Positions 16,537 to 26,014 of a stretch of 33,244 nt of DNA are shown here, piece by piece. The stretch lies in sequence record SRR22947725_8998. The stretch is one strand, 5' to 3'. Numbering within the stretch: the stretch's first letter is position 1; the number at the start of each line of letters is the position of its first letter. Made by a program: the position numbers and the translations under genes. Under the pieces are notes generated by a model that saw only the letters and a program-made list of their open reading frames with translations, was not told the origin of the DNA and made no database searches.

Positions 16537-17330
16537 GGAATCGGCCGCCCCGCTGGGTCATCGCGATGGCCGCCGTTCCGGCGATCGTGCTGGGTGCTCC
16601 GTTGTTCGCGCTCCTCTGGCGGCTGCCATGGAGCGACCTTGGCGGAGCGCTGACCAGCGATGCTGCCAAGTCAGCGCTGGGGCTTTCACTGATCACATCA
16701 CTCTCCGCGACTGCGCTCTGCGTGCTGTTCGGCTTGCCATTGGCCTGGATGCTCTCAACCGGAACCGGTGTGACCACGCGAGTGGTCCGGGCGCTCTGCC
16801 TGCTGCCGATCGTGCTGCCACCGGTGGTTGGTGGCGTCGCTCTTCTGCTTGCCTTCGGACGCCGGGGAGTCGTGGGCCAGTGGCTTGCTGACCTCGGTAT
16901 CCAATTGTCCTTCAGCACCGCGGGGGTCATCCTCGCTCAGTTCTTCGTCGCACTGCCGTTCTTTGTTCTGTCGGTCGAAGCGGCGCTCCGGCAGATGGAC
17001 ATCGAGTTTGCCGAAGTCGCGCATGTGCACGGCGCCTCGCCGACTCGGGTGTTTACCTCGGTGACGGTTCCGTCCATCGCTCCGGCAATCGCGGCAGGTG
17101 CTGTGCTGGCTTGGGCCAGGGCACTTGGTGAGTTCGGAGCCACGGTCACCTTCGCCGGAAGCTTGGAAGGCCGTACACAGACGTTGCCGCTTGCCGTTTT
17201 CAATCTGCTCGAAAGTGACCCGGCCGATGCCGTGGTCCTGAGCGCAGTGCTCGTCGTCCTGGCCGTCGCGGTCTTGGTGGCACTCCGCGACCGCTGGTTT
17301 GGCGTGCTCCGGTCTGAGGTGCAGCGATGA
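16533..17330 (+). CDS. modB: Molybdate ABC transporter permease
   Basis: LPIVLPPVVGGVALLLAFGRRG, FVALPF, WARALGEFGATVTFAGSLEGRTQTLPLA. GTGA overlap with modA. Confidence 0.93.
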   Translation: MRNRPPRWVIAMAAVPAIVLGAPLFALLWRLPWSDLGGALTSDAAKSALGLSLITSLSATALCVLFGLPLAWMLSTGTGVTTRVVRALCLLPIVLPPVVGGVALLLAFGRRGVVGQWLADLGIQLSFSTAGVILAQFFVALPFFVLSVEAALRQMDIEFAEVAHVHGASPTRVFTSVTVPSIAPAIAAGAVLAWARALGEFGATVTFAGSLEGRTQTLPLAVFNLLESDPADAVVLSAVLVVLAVAVLVALRDRWFGVLRSEVQR

Positions 17331-17917
17331 CCGGAACCAGGGTGGCGGCATCAGTCGAGTTCGTGCGGAGTGACCTCCGCTTGCAGTTCGACGTGCCGGA
17401 TGTGCCGTTCGTGGCGCTGACTGGTCCGAACGGTGCTGGCAAGACCAGCGCGCTCCGTTGCCTTGCGGGGCTCGAGGAAGCAGCCCACGTCACGTGGTCC
17501 GACGGAGAGCCGAAGAGTCGGGGCTATTTGCCGCAACGCGTGATGCTGTATCCGGCGATGTCGCTGGCCGACAACATCGCGTCGTCGATGCGCTTCGCCG
17601 GCCTCGACAAAGCAAGCATCAGTGAGCGAACCGCAGAGCTCCTCGACCTCGTGGACATCGCCGCCTTGGCGCGGCGACGCCCCCATGAGGTGTCAGGAGG
17701 TCAACGTCAGCGAGCCGGTCTGGCCCGCGCCATTGCGGCCACGCCCGCATTGCTGCTGCTCGATGAGCCGTTCTCCGCGATCGACGTCGACAGCCGGGCC
17801 CGAGTTCGTGCACGAATCATCGAGCACATTGCCGAATCCGGGGCTCGTTGTGTGATGGCCACGCATGATCCCAACGATCTTGCGGCCGCCGACGCCGTCA
17901 GCATCCCGCTGCTCTGA
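17327..17917 (+). CDS. modC: Molybdate ABC transporter ATP-binding protein (short, no C-terminal TOBE domain)
   Basis: Walker A GPNGAGKT, signature VSGGQRQR, Walker B LLLLDEPF, H-loop ATHD. ATGA overlap with modB. Confidence 0.85.
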   Translation: MTGTRVAASVEFVRSDLRLQFDVPDVPFVALTGPNGAGKTSALRCLAGLEEAAHVTWSDGEPKSRGYLPQRVMLYPAMSLADNIASSMRFAGLDKASISERTAELLDLVDIAALARRRPHEVSGGQRQRAGLARAIAATPALLLLDEPFSAIDVDSRARVRARIIEHIAESGARCVMATHDPNDLAAADAVSIPLL

Positions 17918-17988
17918 GTCGGGCTGCCACCTTGGGCGCCCTGTCACCGAGATTGCCTCGTGGACGGGTGGTGGCTGAGGCCAACGAC

Positions 17989-18258
17989 CTACTGGCCAGT
18001 CACGTATTGCACGTGGACCTGATGGATGACGCCGTTGAACTTGAACGGTGCCTTGTCGCGGTAGTCGAGAGACACGGGGGAGCCGAGTGCCTGACCGATG
18101 TCGAGGCAATCGTTGGCAGTGAAGCCGAGCGGCGCGCTGACCGGCACCGTGCCCTCGGCCACGACCGATCCGTCGTTTTTGAGCACGATGTGCAACGACC
18201 CGGTGGCGACGGGTTCGCCGACGTAGGCCGTCTCGACCATGATGCTGACGTTGCCGGG
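17989..18258 (-). pseudogene. C-terminal fragment of an arylsulfatase (AtsA-like)
   Basis: EGTVPVSAPLGFTANDCLDIGQALGSPVSLDYRDKAPFKFNGVIHQVHVQY resembles, from memory, the C-terminus of long bacterial arylsulfatases. No catalytic CxPxR N-domain is present. Confidence 0.7.
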
Positions 18259-18693
18259 GACGAAGCCGATTTCTCGGTGGTGCAGCCGGAGAGCTGGACT
18301 CTCGACGGTTTCACCGAGCTCAAGGAGGACGCTCAGTTCCTGAAGAAGGCGGCCAAGACACTCAAGAGGATCAAATACTATCGCAACCTCAAAACCGCTT
18401 TCACCCAGGGCTATGCCACCGAAGGGTTGATCGGGATCACCGGACGCCTGAAGGGCGGATTGAAGGCCATCAAGGACCAGCGGAAGCTTGTCCGAGCGTC
18501 GAGGAACCCTGCCACTTCAGCGGCGAAACTGAAGGCTGCCGCCGCGCTCGAATTCGTCTCGGAGCTGAACGACGCCGGATATCGCAGTATTGACGGCCTG
18601 TCGCGCAACAACGGCTACCGGAGCGTCGCAGATCTCGCGGGAACCTCGACGTTCACTGACTGCCTCGAGGACAAGTACCGGCTCGCGCTCTAG
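18259..18693 (+). pseudogene. Lys-rich 3' fragment of an unknown gene (or a short hypothetical protein from GTG 18277)
   Basis: From ~18259 the plus frame has coding-like GC3 bias (AAG, GAG, CTG, ATC codons). The earlier part of ORF 17932-18693 is the antisense of the sulfatase fragment. No clear RBS or promoter. Confidence 0.5.
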
Positions 18694-18908
18694 TGATGTA
18701 TGGGCGGTGGTGGTGTCATTGAATTGTTCGCTCCCCATGAGGGCCGGAGACCTCGACCGTTTGGTCATGATGGCCGCTCACTTCGAGGGCGGCTGTCGGG
18801 CAGGCGCAATGCTGGTCTCGCCAGTACGATGTCAACTTCGCTCCGGTTTCCGGGCGCTGCCACCGATCTGACGGATGGGGCGCTGATCGACGCCGAGCGC
18901 ACCTCCGC

Positions 18909-19931
18909 ATGACCCAGCATTCCTCGCACAGCGCCAACATCGACACGAGCTCGACCACCACGGTGGTCGTCCCCGGCGAGCACGTCATGACGGCGCTCGT
19001 CGGGCCGCGCGACCAATTCCTGCGACGCGTCGAGCAGCAGTTCCCGGCCGTTCATATCCGAGTTCGCGGCAACGAGGTGCGTGTCGCCGGCGATGACACG
19101 GCGCAGGTCACCTCAGTCGCCCGGCTGTTCGAAGAGCTCGTCACGCTGATCCAGAACGGTCAGCAACTCGACGACAACACACTGGACCGGGTCTTCACCA
19201 TGATCGAGGCCAACGAACGCCCAAGTGAGGTCCTCACCCACCAGGTGCTGCGCGGCGCCAAGGGCCGCCAAGTCAAACCGAAAACGGCAGGACAGAAGCG
19301 CTACGTCGATGCGATCTCGAACAACGTCATCACGTTCGGCATCGGCCCGGCTGGTACGGGAAAGTCATGGCTTGCGGTAGCGATGGCGGTACGAGCGTTG
19401 CAGGCAAAGCAGGTCGAGCGGATCATTCTCACACGCCCCGCAGTCGAAGCCGGCGAACGGCTCGGCTTCCTGCCCGGCGACCTCATGGCCAAGATCGACC
19501 CCTACCTCCGGCCCCTCTACGACGCGCTCTACGACATGATCGACGTCGAAGGCGTGCAGCGTCTTCTGGAGAAGCAGGTGGTCGAAGTCGCCCCGCTCGC
19601 CTTCATGCGCGGTCGGACACTGAACAACAGTTTCATCATTCTCGACGAAGCACAGAACACCTCTCCAGAACAGATGAAGATGTTCTTGACCCGCATCGGG
19701 TTCGGATCTCGCGTGGTGGTCACTGGCGACACGACGCAGGTTGACGTACCGAACGGCAAGAGTGGTCTGGCCTCCCTCGAGCACACGCTGACGGGTATCG
19801 ACAGCCTGGCGTTCGTCAAGCTCGGCGGTGCTGATGTGGTTCGGCACAAGATCGTGGCGGACATCGTCGCCGCATACGAACGCCGCGACGTTGAACGCGA
19901 GCAACAGCGCTCTGACGCGTCCGATGCCTGA
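18909..19931 (+). CDS. phoH: PhoH family ATPase (PhoH/YbeZ)
   Basis: FGIGPAGTGKS, RIILTRPAVEAGERLGFLPGDL, EVAPLAFMRGRTL, ILDEAQN, VVTGD.TQ.D, VVRH.IV. Confidence 0.96.
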   Translation: MTQHSSHSANIDTSSTTTVVVPGEHVMTALVGPRDQFLRRVEQQFPAVHIRVRGNEVRVAGDDTAQVTSVARLFEELVTLIQNGQQLDDNTLDRVFTMIEANERPSEVLTHQVLRGAKGRQVKPKTAGQKRYVDAISNNVITFGIGPAGTGKSWLAVAMAVRALQAKQVERIILTRPAVEAGERLGFLPGDLMAKIDPYLRPLYDALYDMIDVEGVQRLLEKQVVEVAPLAFMRGRTLNNSFIILDEAQNTSPEQMKMFLTRIGFGSRVVVTGDTTQVDVPNGKSGLASLEHTLTGIDSLAFVKLGGADVVRHKIVADIVAAYERRDVEREQQRSDASDA

Positions 19932-20445
19932 GTCCGTCGTCGTGGTCGAAGACGTTCGATCCGCAGACGACTCTCCGCAATCGGTCGTCGATGTCGACCG
20001 CTGGGAACGTCTCGCCGCGGCATCGCTGCGGACTGAGCAGGCCGCAGGTGAGTTGACGTTGACCTTCATAGACCGGGACGAGATTGCGGCGTTGAACGCC
20101 GAACACATGGGCAAGACTGGACCGACCGATGTGCTGTCGTTCCCGCTTGATGACGAACCGATGCCCGATTCCGACATTCCTGTACTCCTCGGTGACATCG
20201 TCATTTCGCCGGCGGTCGCAGCTGGCCAATGCGCCGAGCATGCGGGCACATTTGACGATGAGATCGCGTTGCTCGTTGTGCACGGGGTCTTGCACATCAT
20301 CGGTCACGATCACGCGGATCACGAGGAACGCATGGTGATGCAGGAGCGAGAGCTGGCACTCCTCTCCCAACATCACTGGGGAGGGCCGGCTCCGGTGGGC
20401 TTCCGGCAGGATCACCGTGATGATCTGGGTGGCACAGCGGAGTAG
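19924..20445 (+). CDS. ybeY: rRNA maturation RNase YbeY
   Basis: PTDVLSFP, LLGDIVI, HGVLHIIGHDH. ATG 19924 overlaps the phoH end; phoH-ybeY synteny. Confidence 0.95.
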   Translation: MPESVVVVEDVRSADDSPQSVVDVDRWERLAAASLRTEQAAGELTLTFIDRDEIAALNAEHMGKTGPTDVLSFPLDDEPMPDSDIPVLLGDIVISPAVAAGQCAEHAGTFDDEIALLVVHGVLHIIGHDHADHEERMVMQERELALLSQHHWGGPAPVGFRQDHRDDLGGTAE

Positions 20446-20456
20446 CTTCGCCATTC

Positions 20457-21206
20457 ATGGAGATCTCCCTGGACGGAAAAGTTGCATTGGTCACCGGAGC
20501 ATCGCGCGGCATCGGCAAGGCGATCGCCGCATCGATGGCTGAAGCCGGCGCCAAAGTGATGCTGAACAGTCGTAAACAGGACGCCCTCGAGGCGGCCGGA
20601 GCTGAAATGACCGGCGAGGTCGACGTGTTCGCCGCCAACGCTGGCGACGATGATGCCGGTCAACGGGCCGTGCAGGCCACCATCGAACGCTTTGGAGGCC
20701 TCGACATTCTCGTGAACAACGCGGCGACCAATCCGTACTATGGGCCCACCGTGGGGGTCGACAAGTCCCGGTACGACAAGACCTTCCAAGTCAACCTCGA
20801 TGCTCCCATCTTCTGGACGCAAGCCGCATACGAACACGCCATGAAGGACAAGCCGGGCGTCATCATCAATATTGCATCGGTCGGTGGCCTGCGGGCCGAA
20901 AGCGGGCTCGGCGTCTACAACCTCACCAAGGCGGCGATCATCCACCTGACCCGTCAACTGGCCGGCGAAATTGGGCCGAACCGTGTGGTCGGTATCGCAC
21001 CGGGTCTTGTGCAGACGGACTTTGCTGCCTATCTCGTGGACAATTTCGGAGAGAGCCTGGCCGCCCGGCTACCGCTCGAACGGCTCGGAGATCCGCAGGA
21101 CATCGCCAACCTGGCCGTCTTCCTCGCGAGTGATCAAGCCAGCTGGATCACCGGCGAGACCTACGTGATCGACGGGGGAGCGGGCGTCGCCGGATCGGGC
21201 GGCTGA
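20457..21206 (+). CDS. Classical SDR oxidoreductase
   Basis: TGASRGIG, LVNNAATNP, NIASVGG, YNLTK, IAPGLV.T, ITGETYVIDGG. Confidence 0.93.
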   Translation: MEISLDGKVALVTGASRGIGKAIAASMAEAGAKVMLNSRKQDALEAAGAEMTGEVDVFAANAGDDDAGQRAVQATIERFGGLDILVNNAATNPYYGPTVGVDKSRYDKTFQVNLDAPIFWTQAAYEHAMKDKPGVIINIASVGGLRAESGLGVYNLTKAAIIHLTRQLAGEIGPNRVVGIAPGLVQTDFAAYLVDNFGESLAARLPLERLGDPQDIANLAVFLASDQASWITGETYVIDGGAGVAGSGG

Positions 21207-22249
21207 CCTCGCTGCAGCTTGCCGAGCGAGGTGCGCGGCAGCACCTCGACCAGATCGATGTGTTTGGGCGCCATGTAGGCGGGATGCGTCGCCTTGACAT
21301 GGTCGCGGAGTTTGTCGAGCGTCGGCGCTGTCCCGCTCACCGGAACGACAACCGCTGCGACAATCTCTCCCCATTGAGCGTCCGCCATGCCGCGAACGAG
21401 CACGTCGGCCACATCAGGGTGCGTCGACAACGCCGCCTCGACTGCCTCAGGCCAGACGTTTTCTCCGCCGCTGATAATCAAGTCGGATCGTCGCCCAGCA
21501 ACCTGGAGCCGACCGTCCTCCCAGGACCCAAGGTCACCCGTGGGCAGCCATCCGGACTCGTCGAGTGGGGAGGTCCCATCGCGGTAGGAGCGAAGCAGCA
21601 TCGGTCCGCGGAGCCGGATCTCGCCGTCATCGGTGATGTCGACCTCCACATCAGCGAGCGGGAGACCGTCGTACACCACGCCCGAGCCGGTTTCGGTCAG
21701 CCCGTACGTGGTGATGGCGTTTGGTGGGCGGTGCGCTGGTGGGCGTGAGCCACCGAGCACGATGGCCCGATAGCCGGTCGGGTCAATCCGGGCCAACGCG
21801 GTACCGACGAGCGAGATCAGCGTCGCGGGCGACGCGTTCACCGCCGCCGCGTCGAACGCGGGAAGCACAGTGAGCGCAGTGTTGCTGTGCAGTGCGCGCG
21901 TGACCACTGACAATCCGCCGACGTGGGAGAGCGGTAGACACGCCAGCCAATGGTCGTCCATGCCGACACCGATGCGTGTCGTTGTGGCGGCCGCCGAGGC
22001 GGCAACAGCATCGTGTGTGAGCACGACGCCTTTGGGTGCTCCGGTGGACCCACTGGTGGCGACCACCAGCGCATCGCCCTGCTCAACTGCAGCACCGACC
22101 CGCATCGCTCGACACACCGCGGCCTTGGCAGCCGCCGGCAGCCGTTGGTCGACCGGGAACGCAGCATTGCCGTCACGCCAGATGCGCTGCAGCTCCTCGA
22201 CGAAACCAGGGCCCCCTGGCAGGTCGACCGCAACCAGGGTCGCCGTCAC
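21161..22249 (-). CDS. menE: o-succinylbenzoate--CoA ligase
   Basis: GTG 22249 overlaps the amidase TGA. TSGSTGAPKGV, LPLSHVGG, TYGLTET, TGDLG, GR..DLIISGGENV, LPRTSLGK. Lies in the men cluster. Confidence 0.85.
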   Translation of the reverse strand: MTATLVAVDLPGGPGFVEELQRIWRDGNAAFPVDQRLPAAAKAAVCRAMRVGAAVEQGDALVVATSGSTGAPKGVVLTHDAVAASAAATTTRIGVGMDDHWLACLPLSHVGGLSVVTRALHSNTALTVLPAFDAAAVNASPATLISLVGTALARIDPTGYRAIVLGGSRPPAHRPPNAITTYGLTETGSGVVYDGLPLADVEVDITDDGEIRLRGPMLLRSYRDGTSPLDESGWLPTGDLGSWEDGRLQVAGRRSDLIISGGENVWPEAVEAALSTHPDVADVLVRGMADAQWGEIVAAVVVPVSGTAPTLDKLRDHVKATHPAYMAPKHIDLVEVLPRTSLGKLQRGQPPDPATPAPPSIT

Positions 22250-23649
22250 GCAGTGATCGGATCGATGGGCGTGATGGTGCCGACCAGCGACTCGATCTCG
22301 GCGGCCACGGTGAGGCATCGCAGATCGGTCCATCTGTCACCCATCACCTGCACGCCGACAGGGAGTCCGTCGACAATGCCGCCGGGAGTAATGACCGCCG
22401 GCGTGCCGAGAAGATTCGCGGGAACCACCGGGCGGATGGTGTCGGTGATCATCTCGAGATTGTCGGGGGCGAGATCGGCGCCATGAGCGAATGCCGGCTG
22501 AGCCCAGGTCGGACCGATCAGAACCGGGTACTCAGCGAAGAACGCTGACCAGGTACGCATCGCCGCGAAACGCTCGGCGTGCAACGTCAGCATGAGCGGG
22601 AAATCGGTGTTCGGCAGGTTGGTGTCAAAGTTGGCCAGGACGTGCAGCGCCTCCTCGCCCATCACCATGGACAGCAAATCCTTCTGGGCCCGGATATCAG
22701 CGATGAGGAGACGTCCCCAGAGATCAATGACCTCTTCGTAGGCCGGAGGCACGACTTCGACCACGTTGTGGCCGGCGTCAGAGAGCCGGTCGCCAACGGA
22801 CCTGATCGTCGCAGCGATTCCCGCATCGGTGGCCCCGCCGGGCGGATCTGCCAACACTGCAACCGTGAGCCGTTCGTCTGGAGCACTGTCGGTGAGGTTG
22901 GCAGGCAGCGAACGCGGATCGCGGATGTCAGGCCCAGCGAGCACGTTCAGCCCGGTGCGGACATCGGCGACGGTCCGAGCCATCGGCCCCTCCACCACCA
23001 TCATTTGCGATGCCACCAGCATGTCCTCGGGCGGGACCACGGTCGCCATCGGGATGACCCCAACCGTGGGTTTGAGCGATGCGATACCGCAGCAATGTGC
23101 CGGGTTGCGGAGCGAACCACCGATGTCATTGCCCAGCCCGATCGGGCTCATTCCCGACGCAATGGCCGATGCCTCGCCGCCACTCGACCCGCCAGCGGTG
23201 ACACTTGGGTTCCAGGGGTTCCGGGTCAGCCCGTGGAGTTGGGAGTCGGTATGCACGCGCAGACCGAAGTCGGGCAGGTTCGTGCGCACGAACGGGATCG
23301 CTCCGGCGGCACGCATCCGGGCCGTCGTCGGTGCATCGATGGGAGCAATCGCCTCCGCGAAGGCAACGACACCCTGCGTTGTCGGGGTCCCAGCGACGTC
23401 GATGTTCTCTTTGATCGAGCACGGAACTCCGTGGAGCGGGCCTAACTCATCGCCAGCCGCCACTGCGGCGTCCGCAGCGTCGGCGGCGGCGAATGCCTCG
23501 TCGTCGAGTCGCCGGACCACCGCATTGAGATGCCCGTTGACGGCATCAACGCGCGCGAAGTGTGCTTGGAGGACCTCGCGGCTCGAGGCCCCACCAGTCC
23601 GAATTGTCTCGGCCAGTTCACGTGCCGATAATTGCCACAGCTCACTCAT
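22246..23649 (-). CDS. Amidase (amidase signature family)
   Basis: GPLHGVP.SIKENID, GGSSGGEA, GNDIGGSLRNPAHCCG, GLPVGVQ. Confidence 0.93.
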   Translation of the reverse strand: MSELWQLSARELAETIRTGGASSREVLQAHFARVDAVNGHLNAVVRRLDDEAFAAADAADAAVAAGDELGPLHGVPCSIKENIDVAGTPTTQGVVAFAEAIAPIDAPTTARMRAAGAIPFVRTNLPDFGLRVHTDSQLHGLTRNPWNPSVTAGGSSGGEASAIASGMSPIGLGNDIGGSLRNPAHCCGIASLKPTVGVIPMATVVPPEDMLVASQMMVVEGPMARTVADVRTGLNVLAGPDIRDPRSLPANLTDSAPDERLTVAVLADPPGGATDAGIAATIRSVGDRLSDAGHNVVEVVPPAYEEVIDLWGRLLIADIRAQKDLLSMVMGEEALHVLANFDTNLPNTDFPLMLTLHAERFAAMRTWSAFFAEYPVLIGPTWAQPAFAHGADLAPDNLEMITDTIRPVVPANLLGTPAVITPGGIVDGLPVGVQVMGDRWTDLRCLTVAAEIESLVGTITPIDPITA

Positions 23650-23654
23650 CGCGA

Positions 23655-23666
23655 CAGTCTCGCAAA
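23655..23666 (-). promoter_or_regulatory. 12-bp motif TTTGCGAGACTG, copy 2
   Basis: Identical to 15175-15186, with the same spacing to ATG 23649. Confidence 0.45.
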
Positions 23667-23680
23667 GTTCTTAGGATGGC

Positions 23681-24550
23681 GTGGACATGAACACCTGGAT
23701 CATTGGGGCACGGCCTCGTACGCTGCCCGCCGCCGTCGTCCCCGTGGCACTCGGCGCCGCCGCAGCAGTCGGAATCGGCACGATGACCTGGTGGCGCGTC
23801 GCAGCCTGCCTCATCGTCAGCGTCGCGCTGCAAGTCGGCGTGAACTACGCCAACGATTACTCCGATGGGGTGCGCGGGACCGACGACGTTCGGGTCGGCC
23901 CGACGCGGTTGGTTGCGAGCGGTCTCGCATCGCCGGCCGCGGTCAAACGCGCCGCATTCGTGTCCTTCGGCGTGGCTGCCGTCGCAGGGTTGGCCATTGC
24001 GCTCGACACCTCTCTCGTGCTTCTCGTTGTCGGTGCCGCAGCGATCGCCGCGGGCTGGTTCTACACGGGGGGGCCCAAGCCCTACGGGTATCTCGGGCTT
24101 GGCGAGGTCTTCGTCTTTGTCTTCTTCGGTCTGGTCGCCACCGTCGGGTCGACCTACGCCGCCGTCGGAAAGATCACTGCGCTGTCGGTTGTGGTCGGGT
24201 GCGTCGCTGGTTCGCTCGCATGTGCCTTGCTCGTGATCAACAACCTGCGTGACATCCCGACCGACCGCGACGTCGGAAAACGCACCCTTGCGGTACGGCT
24301 CGGCGACTCTCGGACCCGATCGTTCTACGTGTTGTTGATCGTTGCGGCTTTCGTCCTGATCGGGGCGAGCGCCGCATGGCGGCCCCTCACGCTGCTGGGC
24401 ATGCTCGCTGCACCGCTCGCAGTGGCACCCATTCGCACGGTGCTCGGTGGCGCCTCCGGCGGTGCGCTGATCCCCGTACTCGGCGGCACGGGCAAACTGC
24501 AGCTTGCCGTTGGCCTCGCGACGACCATTGGTCTCGCGCTCGGCGGCTGA
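23681..24550 (+). CDS. menA: 1,4-dihydroxy-2-naphthoate polyprenyltransferase
   Basis: GARPRTLPAA, QVGVNYANDYSDGVRGTD, YTGGPKPYGY.GLGE, NNLRDIPTD...GKRTLAVRLG. Start is 23681 or 23687. Confidence 0.96.
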   Translation: MDMNTWIIGARPRTLPAAVVPVALGAAAAVGIGTMTWWRVAACLIVSVALQVGVNYANDYSDGVRGTDDVRVGPTRLVASGLASPAAVKRAAFVSFGVAAVAGLAIALDTSLVLLVVGAAAIAAGWFYTGGPKPYGYLGLGEVFVFVFFGLVATVGSTYAAVGKITALSVVVGCVAGSLACALLVINNLRDIPTDRDVGKRTLAVRLGDSRTRSFYVLLIVAAFVLIGASAAWRPLTLLGMLAAPLAVAPIRTVLGGASGGALIPVLGGTGKLQLAVGLATTIGLALGG

Positions 24551-25279
24551 TCAGGGCCGCTCGGCGACCCAGTCGAGCAACGCCTGAACGGTGGCAGCCG
24601 GCTGCTCGAGGTGAGCGCTGTGGCCGGCGCCGTCAATCACTGCGACCGTGGCGTCGGGGAGCAACTCCGCCATGCTGTCTGCAACGGCTCGAAATTTGCG
24701 GTCTGCGGCGCCGATGATCAGCAGGACGGGGCACGCAATGTCAGCGAGCCGATTCCACAATGGCTCTTGGGTGCCGGTGCCAGCGAGCCGAAGACTCGAT
24801 GACAAGCCTGTTGCACTGTTGCGAAGGCGATCTGCGCGCTGTGCCGTTTCATCGGTCAGCCCGGCAAAGAGCGGGTTCGTCAGCCACTCGTCAATGAAGG
24901 CAGCAACACCGACTGCTTCGATGTGGTCGGCCAACGCATCGTCGGCAGCCCGGCGAGCACGCCGCTCGGCAGCATCGGCGATGCCGGGTGTTGCGCCGAT
25001 CAACACCAGGCGCTCCACGGCATCACGGTGCCTGAGCGCTGCGTGGAGAGCGACCCGGCCGCCCATCGAGTATCCGACAAGCGTGCCGGTGCTGCCGGCT
25101 GCAACGAGGCGTTCGGCCGAGCCCCACAGGTCGGCTCGAACCGCCGCCGAATCGCCATGCCCAGGAAGATCAACTGCAGTGATGCCCGCAGGGTCGAGCC
25201 CGTGGGCGGTCAGGATTTCGACGACGTCAGCCCAGGATCGACTGGTCTGCGTGAAGCCGTGCGCGAGCGTGAGGTTCAC
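24551..25279 (-). CDS. menH: Alpha/beta hydrolase, probable SHCHC synthase
   Basis: GTG 25279 overlaps the DsbA TGA. HGFTQ, DLPGHG, GYSMGGRVA, RRAAD..LA, D.KF, AGH.AHLEQP. men context. Confidence 0.85.
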   Translation of the reverse strand: MNLTLAHGFTQTSRSWADVVEILTAHGLDPAGITAVDLPGHGDSAAVRADLWGSAERLVAAGSTGTLVGYSMGGRVALHAALRHRDAVERLVLIGATPGIADAAERRARRAADDALADHIEAVGVAAFIDEWLTNPLFAGLTDETAQRADRLRNSATGLSSSLRLAGTGTQEPLWNRLADIACPVLLIIGAADRKFRAVADSMAELLPDATVAVIDGAGHSAHLEQPAATVQALLDWVAERP

Positions 25280-25989
25280 GCGGTGCCGGCCGCCCCCAGC
25301 GCGTTGGCGGCCATTTTCCGCAGCACCTTTTCGAACGTGTCGGCATCCTGTGCGCCCGGTACGGCCCATTCCCGATTGAAGACGTAGGTCGGTACGGCGG
25401 TGATCCCGTTCTGGTGCGCGTCATCCAGTTCGGCCTGCACCTCGGCGACCCCGCGATCGGAGGACAGGAACTCCTCGATGTCGTCATGGTCGAACCCCAA
25501 CTCAGCGGCACACGATGCCAGGACTTCGGGGGTGCCCACGTGATCGCCGTCGGTGAAGTACGCCTGCATCAGCCGCTCCTTCATGGCCGGCTGAGCGACC
25601 GGCGAGCCGGGCTGGCCCGCAAGCCAGATCATCCGGTGAGCGAGCAGCGTGTTGGCGCGAAGCGCTTGATCCATGTGGAAGGTGATGCCGTCCTCGGCAG
25701 CGGCGTTCGTGACATGACTGAGGATCTCATCGGCGCGCTCGGGGCCGCCAAACTTCTTGGCATAGGCCTCGCGGACAGGCGTGGCGACCCCAGGTGCCGC
25801 AGTCGGGTCAAGTTGGTAGGCGTGATACGTGATGTCGAAATCGACGCCGAGGTCGTCGTCGATTTGAGCGAGACCCGTTTCGAATCGGCGCTTGCCGATG
25901 TAACACCACGGGCACACGACATCAGAGAAGATGTCGACAGAGATCGATGGTCGGGTGAGAGTTCGGGTGCTCGTTTCCACGAAGGCCAC
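25276..25989 (-). CDS. DsbA family oxidoreductase (FrnE-like)
   Basis: IFSDVVCPWCYIGKRR, NTLLAHR, GITAVPTYVF...VPGAQ. Confidence 0.93.
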   Translation of the reverse strand: MAFVETSTRTLTRPSISVDIFSDVVCPWCYIGKRRFETGLAQIDDDLGVDFDITYHAYQLDPTAAPGVATPVREAYAKKFGGPERADEILSHVTNAAAEDGITFHMDQALRANTLLAHRMIWLAGQPGSPVAQPAMKERLMQAYFTDGDHVGTPEVLASCAAELGFDHDDIEEFLSSDRGVAEVQAELDDAHQNGITAVPTYVFNREWAVPGAQDADTFEKVLRKMAANALGAAGTA

Positions 25990-26014
25990 GTTACGCCCCT
26001 AACGTCACTGGGCA

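Noticed and set aside
17932..18693. 253-aa ORF as one real protein
   Set aside because: Its first ~109 codons are the antisense of the sulfatase fragment; only the 3' part looks coding.
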